A DNA stretch of 64,000 nt from Dehalococcoidia bacterium (GTDB taxonomy: Bacteria > Chloroflexota > Dehalococcoidia > UBA2979): assembly GCA_965219085.1 (NCBI GenBank), contig OZ244720.1:3040001-3104000 (forward strand). Direction: 5' to 3'. The translations under genes were made by a program, and so were the position numbers. Under the pieces are notes generated by a model, which ran no database searches, was not told the origin of the DNA, and saw nothing but the letters and a program-made list of their open reading frames with translations. Shown piece by piece: positions 50,781 through 62,800 of the stretch. Position 1 is the first letter of the stretch; every line of letters begins with the position of its first letter.

Positions 50781-52145
50781 GGTCACGTCCCTGCAAGTGG
50801 TGTAACAGCACCATCCTGATCATTTGCTAGCTGGCGGTCTGCAGTAGCACCTCCTCGCCTGAGGCGACCTCGGCCACGGCCGCCGGCAGCGGCTGCAGCA
50901 TCGTCATGTAGCGCCGCCCCTCCGCCCACTCGTCGTGCTGCTCGGCGAGCACGGCGCCGACCAGCCGCACGACGGCGGCACGGTTGGGGAAGATGCCGAC
51001 GACGTTGGTGCGCCGCCGGATCTCCTTGTTGAGCCGTTCCAGCGGGTTGTTCGACCAGACCTGCCGCCAGTGGGCGACCGGGAAGGCGGTGAATGCCAGG
51101 ATCTCCGGGTCGGCGTCGGCGAGCAGCGCCGCGGCTTCGGGGAAGCGCTCGGCGAGCTGCTCCACCACGCGGGCGTGTTGGGCCTGCACCTCGGCCGCCG
51201 AGGACTGCTCGTAGATCGTCCGCACCGTCGTCGCCACCAGCTTCTCGGCGCTCTTCGGCACCCGGGTCAGCAGGTTGCGCATGAAGTGCGTGCGGCAGCG
51301 CTGCCAGGAGGCGCCGGCGAAGACCGTCGCGATCGCCGCCCGCAGTCCCTGGTGGGCGTCCGAGGTCACGAGCTCGACCCCGGACAGGCCGCGCGCCACG
51401 AGGCCGCGCAGGAAGCCCAGCCAGAACGCCCCGTCCTCGGAGGTGCCGACGTCGATGCCCAGCAGCTCGCGCTTGCCGGAGGCGTTGACGGCGGTGGCGA
51501 CGACGACGCTCACCTGCACGACGCGGCCCTCCTCGCGCACGAGCTGGGTGAGCGCGTCGAGCCAGAGGTAGCGGTAGGGGCCTGAGTCGAGGGGCCGCTC
51601 GAGGAAGCTCGAGACGACCTCGTCGAGTTCAGCGCACATGCGCGAGACCTGGCTCTTGGAGATGCCGTCGCAGCCGAGCGAGCGCACGAGGTCGTCGACG
51701 CGGCGCGTCGAAACGCCCTCGACGTAGGCCTGCGTGACCACGGATACCAGGGCGCGCTCTGAGCGCCGCCGCGGCTCGAGCAGCGAGGGGAAGTAGCTGC
51801 CCTCGCGCAGCTTCGGGATGCCCAGTTCGATCGTGCCCACGCGCGTGTCCCAGCGCCGCGGCCGGTAGCCGTTGCGCCGGGTCAGGCGCGTCTCGCTGCG
51901 CTCGCCGTGAGCGGCGCCGATCTGCGCCGAGACCTCGGCGTCCATCACCGCCTGGGCGAGCAGCGCGACCGCCTCGCGCAGGAAGTCGAGGTCAGCTCCG
52001 TCCGTCTGCTTGCGCAGCAGTTCCAACAAGTCCACGCTCTCCTTGACCACAGTCGTCCTCCTCCACGTGACTCTTCTTCTTGTGAAGGATGGCGCTGTGG
52101 TCTCCTACGTCTACCTCCTGTGACACCACTTCCTGGGACGCTACT
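50781..52145 (-). mobile_element. IS256 family element with 8-bp target duplication ACGACCGC
   Basis: TSD at 50773-50780 and 52146-52153; imperfect IR CGTCCCnGnAAGTGGTGTnAC. Confidence 0.9.
50827..52050 (-). CDS. IS256 family transposase
   Basis: RNGYR, IPKLREGSYFPS, YVEGVSTR, WLDA, SDAH.GL, QRCRTHF, ERLNKEIRRR. Confidence 0.94.
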   Translation of the reverse strand: MVKESVDLLELLRKQTDGADLDFLREAVALLAQAVMDAEVSAQIGAAHGERSETRLTRRNGYRPRRWDTRVGTIELGIPKLREGSYFPSLLEPRRRSERALVSVVTQAYVEGVSTRRVDDLVRSLGCDGISKSQVSRMCAELDEVVSSFLERPLDSGPYRYLWLDALTQLVREEGRVVQVSVVVATAVNASGKRELLGIDVGTSEDGAFWLGFLRGLVARGLSGVELVTSDAHQGLRAAIATVFAGASWQRCRTHFMRNLLTRVPKSAEKLVATTVRTIYEQSSAAEVQAQHARVVEQLAERFPEAAALLADADPEILAFTAFPVAHWRQVWSNNPLERLNKEIRRRTNVVGIFPNRAAVVRLVGAVLAEQHDEWAEGRRYMTMLQPLPAAVAEVASGEEVLLQTAS

Positions 52146-52657
52146 ACGACCGCGGCCGCCGCAGCGCCGTGGATGGGCGCACCACGCGGCATCGCGGCTA
52201 CAGGCAGAGTCAGAAGCGACGCAAGATCGTGGAGCAGGTCTTCGGCTGGATGAAGACCGTGGGCGGCGGGCGCAAGCTGCGTTTCGTGGGCCGCGAGCGC
52301 AACCGCTGTTGGCTGGAGCTCACCGCCGCCGCCTACAACCTCGTGCGCATGGCCAGGCTCGGAGACCGCCGCGGCGTAGGCGCAGTGCGCCCTCCGCCCC
52401 GCCAGGGAGCCCTCAGAGGCCCCCGGGGGCCGGTCAGGAGGCCACGATCACGAACCCGGAGGCGGCCTCAAGCCGCCTCTCGCCACTCCGAGACCCCGGA
52501 AGGCGCTTCTTCAGCACCCTGCTAGCCGATATGCCGCCGCACGAGCCGCCCGGAACGCAGGCCGGAGGCGGTCCCTGCGCGCGACCGCGATCACGGCGGT
52601 CCTGGGTGCGCTCGCTTTCGCGTTTGCGCTGTGGGGAGTGCTGCCGGTATCGGGTAA

Positions 52658-53200
52658 CCGCCACGCTTGCCGAAGACCGCGGCGTGAGCCTTTGCTGGAC
52701 CGCTCCGGCGGAGGACGCTGACAGCGTCAAGCGGCTACGAGATCCTGCGCGCGGTGGGCGAGGGCGAACTGACCACCCTCGTGGCCGACACCCGGTCCAC
52801 CGCGACCGCATACACGGACGTTACCGCGACCGAGGCCGGGGTGAACTACGCCTACCGCGTGATCGCCCTGCGCGACGGGGTGAAGGGCCAACAGCAGTCG
52901 AACAAGACATCGGTCGACCCTGTTCGCGGGCACACGCCTGGTGGTTCTCGCTGATGGCAGCGAAGTGGCCCTTGATGTTTATCGAGGCCCGTTGAAGCAG
53001 ACGAAACTCGACCTCGTGGCTCCGGACGACCGTCTGGCACGCCGCGGAAGCAGGCGACGGTCACCGTATCCAGTGCACCCGCGCATGTTGTAGCTGTAGA
53101 CCTTGTCGTCGCTCGCGTCGGCGACGTACATGGCGCATCGGCCAGACCCAACCCGTGCAGGTCGGCGTCCTCCGCCGGAGCGGTCCAGCTCAGGCTCGTC
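52658..53200. pseudogene. Fragments of Fn3 / beta-propeller surface-protein genes on both strands
   Basis: + strand: VSL.WTAPAEDADSV..YEILR...YTD......YAYRVIA; - strand: MYVADASDDKVYSYNM and SLSWTAPAEDAD. Confidence 0.65.
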
Positions 53201-53874
53201 TTCATTGGCCTACCGGAACAACCTGTATGCACCCACAGAGTAAGTCGGCGCAAAGGATGCAAGTCGTGCAGGTTGGCTGTGCGTGCATGACCCGGCGGCC
53301 GTAGCGCGAAGCGACCGCCAGAGCAAACGTACCTGTCCCGGTTGCAGAAGGGCTCACCCCGGAGCAAACAAACTTGCCTCTCCGTTGTGTCGCTCGGCAC
53401 TTACGAGCTAGGTCGAGAGATCGTGAAGATGTAACGAGAATCGCGACAAGATCGTCCTGCGGCGGATGGCGGCCGTCCCCATTCCGGGCCGCAACGGGGA
53501 AGCATCGACCTTGCGCTTGGCGGACCAGTTCCTGGTGCCTGAAGCGAACGCCGCGGGGCTGCGCTTGCCCATTGCGGCAACGGCCGAACTGGCGCCCGCC
53601 CCCGATGCTTGTCCCGGTCCTGACCGGGGGTGAGTCATGATCGGCTCCCGGCGTCCTTGCGCCGCTCCCGCTGGTGCTCACCGGACTGGCGGCCCTCGCC
53701 GGCCTGGTGTTCATCCCCTGAGTTGTCCAGGCCCAAGCCAGGAGCTGACCGCTACCGCGGCCGCCACTCGCGCCAAAGCTTGCCGAACCCGGGGCGGGAC
53801 AAGGACGTGGTGGTGCGTTCCAGTCCCCGTCGGGAGCCCAAAGCGAGCCGCGATCAGGGGCTGCGGCTGAACCC

Positions 53875-56800
53875 ATGAGGAGCATGCCGCGCTGCGCCGG
53901 GTTGCCGCTTGCAAGGGGCTGCGCTCTGTTGGCCGTGCTGCTGTCGCTCGTGCTCGAGAGCGGCGGAGCAGGGGCACAGACGTCCGTCGCCGCCCCCACG
54001 ATCGAGTCGATTACCCCGGCCGACGGCTCGCTCAGCGTGGCCTGGACCGCGCCCACCGGCGTGACGGGCATCACCGCCTACGACCTGCGCCACATCCGCA
54101 GTGACGCGCCCGACAAGGCAGACGCCAACTGGACAGAGATCGAGGACATCTGGACGGCCGGCTCCGGCGACCTGACGTACACCCTCAGCGGCCTCGACAA
54201 CGGCGTCGGCTACGACGTGCAGCTGCGCACGGTCACCACGACCGACGGCGCGTGGTCAGGGACGTCGACCGGCACGCCCCAGATCCCCGGTCCCGTCATC
54301 ACCTCGGTCGTCGTCGGTGACGAGGCGCTGACGGTCGTCTGGACGGCGCCCGTGGTCGCCGCGACGACTGCGATCGGCGCCTACGATGTGCGCTACATCG
54401 AGAGCTCGGCTGCGGATAAGACCGACGACCAATGGACAGTCGTCGAGGACTTCTGGACCTCCGGGAGTCTGTACGGTGTGCTCGCCGGACTGACCAACAC
54501 CACGGGCTATGACGTACAGGTGCGCGTCGTTGCCGCGACCGACGGCGCCTGGTCGGCGACGGCCACAGGAACCCCTGCCGAGCACGGCGGCACGACTGCG
54601 ACAGCCACGGCCCTCACGCTCGGCACGCCTCTGGGTGGAACCATCGATCCGGGAACCGATGAGGACTACTTCCAGCTCGTGTTGAGCAGCGCGGCCACCA
54701 TTCTGATCCGGACCTCCGGCGACCTCGACACCGTGGGGGAGCTCCAGGACAGCGGCGGGACGGAGCTTGAAAGCAACAACGACGGCCGGCTCCCGCAGAG
54801 CCCGAAGAACTTCGTCATCTGGCGCGTCGCTAGTGCAGGGACTTACTACGTCAAGGTGTCCAGCAACGACGGCGCTACTGGGGCGTACGTCCTGCACGCC
54901 ATCGCGATAGAGGACACCACTGCGACGTCCAATGCCATCACGGTCACCCCCGACAGCTCTACGCTGGCTCTGGCTGATCACTCCAAGGACACGGACTATT
55001 TCAAGCTCACGTTGGCGGAAACCACCGAGCTCGTGATGCGCACATCGGGCCCCATTCACGATACCGAGATAGAGATCCTCGACAACAGCGCAGCTCAGAT
55101 TGCCGAGAACGACTACGGCCTGCTCCCGCCACGAACCCAGCACGCTGCTGTGCGAGCGAGCCTCGGGGCTGGGACGTACTTCATCAAGGTCAGGTCGCAG
55201 TCCGCGCACAACACCGGGCCCTACACCCTCCATGTCGATGCTCTCGCCGAGCCTGGCGATGCGACCACCGATGCAGTTCCATTGGTTCTGCACCATGCGG
55301 AAGGGGGGAACATCGACCCTGCAAGCGATGCGGATTACTTCCGTATCGACCTCAGCGAGACCACACACGTACGACTCCGGGCCGTGAGCGAAACCGTGGA
55401 CATCGACGGGTCGCTGCTCGACAGCGGCGGGCAGCCAATCCAGGCCAACATCTATGAAGAGACGCTGCTGAGCGGCGAGGCGATGGCGTTTACGTTCCGC
55501 GCAACCCTGAGTGCGGGGACGTACTACATCAAGGTGAACCGGTCCGGCGGAGCGGACACCGGACCCTACGCGATCCTGCTCGTCGACGACGCGAATCTGG
55601 AGAGGCTGCTGGACCAGTGCTCTGGACTCGACACCACCGTCAGCGACCCGCTCTACGGATGCCAGTGGAACCTGAAGAACACGGGCCAGTTCGGGGGAAC
55701 GGCCGGCGAGGACATCAATGTCGAACCGGTGTGGAACGGCGGAAACCTGGGTGCCGGCATCAACGTGGTGATAGTTGATACGTACCTGGACCACCGGCAT
55801 GAAGACCTGACGACTGACCAGTCAAGAAGCCACGAGTACCACACCCAGTCCGGCTCCGGCTACTCGACCTTCCTGCACGGTACGGAGGTGGCGGGAATTG
55901 TTGCAGCGCGCGATAACAGCCTCGGCGTGAGGGGAGTAGCGCCACGGGCAACCCTCATTGAGCACGCGGGGCTCGGACTGTCCATCAGTATCGGTCCAGA
56001 CCCGGACAAGCCGGACGCCATGACCCGCAACATGGACGTAGCGGCCGTGTCCAACAACAGCTGGTCGGGAAGCCTCGGCCCCGGGCCAGAGACCGCCCCG
56101 GACGCCTGGGAGACGGCACTGCTCACGGGTGTGACCGAAGGCTATGGGGCAAAAGGCGTCTTCTATGTGTTCTCGTCGGGCAACGAGGCGCAGTTCGGGA
56201 GTAACGCAAACCTCGACGAGTACATTAACCTTCGCCTGGTGACGGTGGTCTGCGCCGTCAACGACCTGGGGCAGCGCAGTGCGTATTCGGAGGAGGGCGC
56301 GAACCTCTGGGTCTGCGCCCCCTCCGATGACCCCACCCGGGACCGCCCGGGGATCTTCACGACTGCCGGCTACAGCGCTTACACCGACAGCTTTGGCGGG
56401 ACCTCCGCAGCGGCTCCGACCGTCTCGGGCGTGGCAGCACTGGTGCGCGCGGCCCACACGAGCCTGACGTGGCGGGACGTGAAGCTGATTCTCGCCGCCT
56501 CGGCGCGCAAGAACGACGCGAGCAACAGCGGATGGGAACAGGGCGCTCTCGAGTACGGCTCGAGCAGTCTGCGCTACGACTTCAACCACGAGTACGGATT
56601 CGGCGTCGTCGACGCAGGCGCCGCAGTGACGCTGGCCGACGGATGGACGAATCTCCCGCCCGCGATCCAGGCAACCGTCGAGTGGGATGGCGCCAGTGTG
56701 GTGATCCCCGACCTCGTGGACCCCAACATCCCGCTCGGCATCACATGGACGATGGTCGTGGGCCCCGAGGTGGAGTTCACCGAGTTCGTGCAAGTCAACC

Positions 56801-59800
56801 TTGAGTTCGTCGAGGTAAGCACTGGACTCGACGTGCCGCAGTTCCGGGAACTGGATGTGACGCTGGAGTCCCCGTCGGGCGCGGTCTCCGTGCTGGCGCC
56901 GGCCGTTACCGACGGTGTGACGTGCAGCTCCGAGGGTTCCTGCGGGCTGGAGGGCGGGCTCCGCCTTGGCTCAGCCAGGCATCTGGGCGAGAACCCCGAG
57001 GGTGCGTGGAAACTGCGCGTCTTCGACCGCGTCACCGGCAGTACACCGGGCACGCTCAAGTCGTGGAGTCTCACCGTGTACGGGCACAGGTCCAGCCCGG
57101 CTGCCCCGGTCATTGACTCGGTGACCGCGGGCAGCGAGTCGCTCACCGCCACCTGGACCGCCCCGAGCAACACTGGCGCGTCCGACATCACCGCCTACGA
57201 CGTGCGTTCCATCCGCAGCGACGCGACCGACAAGTCCGACAGCGAGTGGACAGTCGTGGACGACGCCTGGACCAGCGGTGACTTCGACTACACCATCAGC
57301 GGGCTGACCGGGAACGTGCAGTACGACGTACAGGTGCGTGCGGTCAACGCCGAGGGCGACGGCCTCTGGTCCGCCACCGAAACCGGCACCCCGACGACAG
57401 ACAAGGCCCCGACCATCGACTCGCTGACGCCCGGGGACCGCGCGGTCACCGTTGAGTGGACGGCCCCTACCAATGCCACTCTGGGAACGGTCACCTCCTA
57501 CGACCTGCGCTACATCCGCAGCGACGCCTCGGACAAGGCAGACGCCCGCTGGACTGTGATCACCTCGATCTGGACCGCCGGCTCGCTCGATTACACCCTC
57601 AACCCGACGCCCAGCCTCGTCAACGGGGTGTCCTACGACATGCAGGTACGGGCGGTAGTGGGGACCGACCAACACCCCTGGTCGGGCGTCCGCACCGCCA
57701 CACCGCGCACCACACCCGGCACTCCGACGATCGGCACCATCACCGGGACCGACGGTTCGCTCACCGTCGAGTGGAGCGCGCCCGCGAGCGACGGCGGGGC
57801 CAACATCACCGCCTACGACGTGCGCCACATCCGCAGCGATGCCACCGACAAGTCCGATGACCAGTGGACGGTCGTGGACGACGCCTGGACCCCTGCCAGC
57901 AGCACTCCGGAGTACACGGTGAGCGGACTTACGACGGACGTGCAGTACGACGTGCAGGTGCGCGCGGTGAACGCCGCGGGCGACGGTCTCTGGTCGGCGA
58001 CCGGGACCGGCACGCCGCGGACCCCGCCCGGGGCGCCCGAGGCGGTGCAGGTCTACGTCTATGTGACGGGCAAGCTGGAGGTGCGCTGGTCGGCGGCGGC
58101 ATCCCCGTCGATCACGGGCTTCAAGGTGCAGTGGCGTTCAGGCACGGAGGAGTGGGACGAGTCGCGCTCCGACGAGGTCGACCCGGCGACCGCCCACGTG
58201 GAGTGGTGGCCGAAGCCGGACAGCCGCCGCTACCGGCATACGCTGGACGGGCTCACGAATGGCGCCGAGTACGAGGTGCGGGTGATTGCGTCCAATACCG
58301 GCGTGGACGGCGAGGCGTCTGCCGTGGCTACCGGGACGCCGCGGTCCGACTCCACACACGCCCAGGCGGCAACGTTCATCGAGAACGAACTGGTCAGCGT
58401 ATACGAGGACGCCAATCCGTGGCTCCGGGTCGCGTTCGACTGGATCGACGCCGCCAGCACGGATGGCGACCCATACGGCACCAGTTCCGGAATCGAATTC
58501 GAACTCGGAAGCGCGACCTGGGGGTTAGTCGTTCATTCGTGCTTCAACAGCGCCGGCGCGAAGTTGCACGACTCGCTTTGGGACAGGTGGGCGCGGCACT
58601 GCCAGATCACCCGGATGTATATCGAATGGGATTTCGTGCATGTGATCCCGCTCATCACCCACGAACTCGCGCACGTGATGACGCTGACGAACCGTCTGGA
58701 TGGCTCGCCCGAGGCACCGCTCGCCATCGCGCAGCTGTACTTCGCCCGGGCCGACATCGGCTGCGAGGGCTGGCTGCCCGCGCGAGAGTTGCTGGCCGAC
58801 ATGCTCATGGTGAGTGTGTTCGGCGATGCCGGATTGCGGGTGGCTGGCTACATTCGGGGGAGCTATTGCAGCACGGATGAAGATCAAGTGGAGGAGGCGC
58901 TGGGAGTCGTCCGCACGGCGCTGGCGGGCGAGATGCCGGCGTGGTTGGCCGAGACCTACCAGGACGGCGAAGGCAACCTCGATCTGGAGCAACTGTGGTC
59001 CCACATCAAGGCCGAGGGGGACCCTTCCCCGGTGATGAGGGATCTGATGCGCGGCGCCTTCGGCGGCCTCTGCAGATCCGACGCGCTGTGGAACAATGCG
59101 ATACGCATTCCGTGGCGGGACGGTGGCTGCGTGCCCCAGGCGCCCCCGGGCCTGGATGCTGTCGCCACCGTAGACGGCGTCATGACGGTGTCCTGGCAGT
59201 CGCCCGACAACGACGGGGGCTCACGGATTAGCGGCTACAAGGTGCAGTGGAAGTCCGGCGCGCAGGACTACGACACCTCCCGCGAGGCGTCGGTGACCGA
59301 CCTCGCGGACCTCTCGCACACGATCGAGGGCCTGTCCCACGGCGTCGACTACACGATCCGGATCCTGGCCTACAACATCAACGGGGACGGCCCCGCCTCC
59401 GAGGTGACCAGGACCGCGGTGGGGCTCGAAGCCGCCCTCGGGACGCTGACCCTGGCCGGCACGACGCTCTACCCCGCCTTCAGCAGCACCACGAGCTCGT
59501 ATGCGGCAGTGACGGGCCATGCCGCCACGCAGATCACGATCGCCGCCACGGCGGCGGATGCCGACGCCACCGTCGCGTTCCTCGACGTCGACGGCAACGC
59601 CCTCACGGACGCCGGCGCGGCCGACGAGTTCCAGGTGAACCTGTCGGTGGGCGCCAACGTCATCCAGGTCCGGGTGACGGCGCAGGACGGCGTCGCCTCT
59701 ACCTACACCGTGACCGTCACGCGGGCGGACGAGAACACCTCGCTGAGCCCGCCGGCGAGCGATCCCGTCGCCGCGTTCCCGTCGTCTGCCCGTTATACGA

Positions 59801-62800
59801 TCACCTTCCGGGGCGACTGGACCACCGATGTCACGCCGGAGGGGCGACCGGGCGGGGCCCACTTCTCTCCGCTCATCGGCGGGGTGCACAACGCCGGCGT
59901 CACCTTCCTCGTGAGCGGAGAGGCGGCGAGCGCCGGAATCGAGTCGATGGCGGAAGTTGGACAGACGGCTCAACTCCGCAGCGAGGTCAATACGGCGATC
60001 GACGCCAGCCCGGCGACGGCCCTCGCCGTCATCAGCCCGTCCGGCAACATCAGTCCGACTGGCTTGAAGACGGTGAGCAACGTGGAGCTCACGACCGAGT
60101 TCCCGCGGGTCACGCTCACGACGATGATCGCGCCGAGCCACGACTGGTTCGTCGGCGTCTCCGGGCTGCCCCTGCTCGACGCGCAGGGCGACTGGCTGAC
60201 GTGGCTCCGCGTTTTTCTGTATCCGTGGGATGCCGGCACCGAGGAGGGCGACGACTTCTCGCTCAGCCCCAGCGTCGACACCAGCCCGCGCGGCGTCATC
60301 CACAGCATCCGCGGGACGGGCAAGTTCACGACCAGGCGGATCGCGAGTCTCACGTTCACGCTGCAGTCGATCTCACCATCCTTCCCGGACACCGAGACCG
60401 GCGCCCGCACCATCCCTGAGAACACCGCCTCGGGTCAGGACATCGGCGAACCGCTCGTCGCCACGGATCCCGACAGCGGCGACTCGCTGAGCTACTCGCT
60501 GGGCGGACCCGACGCGGGCTCCTTCGCGATCGTGGCCTCGACGGGTCAGCTGCGAACGAGGGCCGCCCTCGACTACGAGACCGCGTCCAGCTACTCCGTC
60601 GCGGTGACCGCCACGGACACGAGCGGGCTGAGCGACACCATCGACGTGACGATCACGGTCACCAACGTCGAGGAAGCAGGTGTTGTTTCGCTCTGGCCGG
60701 TGCAGCCGCGAGTGGGGACCGTGCTGCGGGCGAGCCTAAGCGACCCCGACGGGGGCGTGCGGTCGGTGTTCTGGCGGTGGCAGCGGTCATCGGACCAGGC
60801 CTCCTGGGCCAGCGTGTCCGGTAGCGGCGCACGCTACACGCCGAAGAGCGCTGACGAGGGGATGTACATCCGGGCCCGTGCGACCTACGCGGACGGAGAG
60901 GGCACGGGCAAGAGCGCCGAGGCCGAATCGGGCCAAACCGTCGGCGCGCGTGAGGGCGCGCCCGGGATCACCGTCGTCACGCTCGTCTCCGGCCTCAGCA
61001 TTCCCTGGGATCTCGCCTTCGCTCCCGACGGGACGATGCTGCTCACGGAGCGTGGCGGAGCGCTCAAGGCCCGGCTCACCGGCGGCACGGTCCAGACCGT
61101 GACGGCGGACTTCAGCGACCTGTTCGTGAGCGGGGAGGCCGGACTGATGGCGATCCTCGTCGATCCCGGATTCGCCTCCAACCGGCGGTTCTACACCTGC
61201 CAGGCGCACACCGGGCGCGTCGTGCAGGTGATCGCCTGGACCATGAACTCGGACTACACCGCGGCCACGCGTGTCGCGGATCCCCTCGTCGGGGGCATCC
61301 CCGCGGCCAGCATCCACAACGGTTGCCGGCTGCGCTTCGGCCCGCACGGGTTCCTCTGGATCGCGACGGGAGACGCTGCATCCGGGACGGTACCGCAGGA
61401 CCTCAGCTCGCTGGGCGGGAAGGTGCTCCGCGTCGATGCGTCGACGGGCGTCGGCGCGCCCGGGAACCCGTTCGCCGCCTCGGCGCGCGTCTACACCCAC
61501 GGCCACCGCAATCCGCAGGGCCTCGCTCGCCGCCCCGGCACGAACCAGATGTGGTCGGTCGAGCACGGGCCGACTGTGGACGACGAGATCAACCTGCTGA
61601 CCTCGGGCGGCAACTACGGATGGGATCCGGTACCCGGCTACGACCAGTCCGTTCCCATGACCGACCGCGTGAAGTTCCCCGACGCGGTCGAGGCCAGATG
61701 GTCGTCCGGCGACCCGACGCTGGCGACCAGCGGCGGCATCTTCCTCCACGGCCCCGACTGGGAGGAGTGGAGCGGCCGGCTCGCGGTCGCCACGCTCAAG
61801 ACCCGGTCGCTCCGGATCTTCGAGTTCACCGCGGCCGGGAGGTTCGTGAGCCAGGTGGTCGTGCCCGAGCTCGACGGTACCTACGGGCGCCTCCGGACCC
61901 CCATGCTGGGCCGCGGGGGCGCGCTCTACCTCACCACATCGAACGGCGGAGGCGCGGACCGCATTCTCAAGGTCGTCCCCAGCCGGCCGCCGGCGTTTGC
62001 GGCCACCACGGACACCCAGGAGGTGGCGGAGAACAACAGCACGTCGGCGGTCGTCGCCACCGTCACCGCCACCGACCCGGACGGCGAACAGCTCACCTAC
62101 ACGCTCGGTGGGCGTGACGCGGACGCTTTCACCGTCGCGAACCCGGCCGCCGGAGGACTGCGAGCCAACGTCCAGTTCGACCACGAGACGCGGAGTTCGT
62201 ACGAGGTCGTTGTGACCGCTACGGACCCCTACGGCCTGAGCGACAGCGTCACGTTGACCGTCACCGTGACCAACGTCGACGAGCCCGCGGATATCTCGTT
62301 CGTGGCGACGGGCGGCGTCACCGTGAACAACAACGCGCTCACCGTGGCCGAGAACCATGACGGCACGCTCGCCACCTTCAGCGCGAACGACCCGGAGAAC
62401 GACCAGACCCTCACGTACGAGTGGTCGGTGGGCGGGACGGATCGCCTCGACTTCGCCCTCACCGCCGCCGGCGTGCTCTCCTTCGTGAACGTCCCCGACC
62501 ACGAGCGCCCCGCCGACTCGGGCGGGAACAACGTCTACGGCATCACGGTCAGCGCCCGCGACAGCGACGGCAAGACGGGCAGCCTCGCCCTCACCGTCAC
62601 CGTCGACCCCGTCAACGAGCCGCCCGCGATCAGCGGCGACGCCAGGCCGGGCGTCGAGGAAGGCGGCACGCTCCTCGTCGGGACGTACCGGGCGTCGGAC
62701 CCCGAGAGCGCCACCATCGCCTGGCAACCGCTCGCCGGGAGCGACAGCGAGCAGTTCAACTTCACGTCCCCGAACGGGAGGCTGGAGTTCAAGGCAGCCC

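Larger units (their letters stand above)
48356..52521 (+). mobile_element. IS5-family element interrupted by nested IS110 and IS256
   Basis: IR CAGGGTGCTGAA / TTCAGCACCCTG; CTAG at 48352-48355 and 52522-52525. Confidence 0.88.
48429..52525 (+). pseudogene. IS5 family transposase in three pieces (48429-49034, 50532-50780, 52154-)
   Basis: Removing both inserts restores ...LYTK|GSGQTAKLSYMGH... and ...AQNDR|GRRSAVDGRTTRH... Confidence 0.9.

Noticed and set aside
52526-52660. Continuation of hsdR after the IS stack
   Set aside because: In-frame join gives DLADMPPHEPPG..., with no DEAH motif; the 3' part appears deleted
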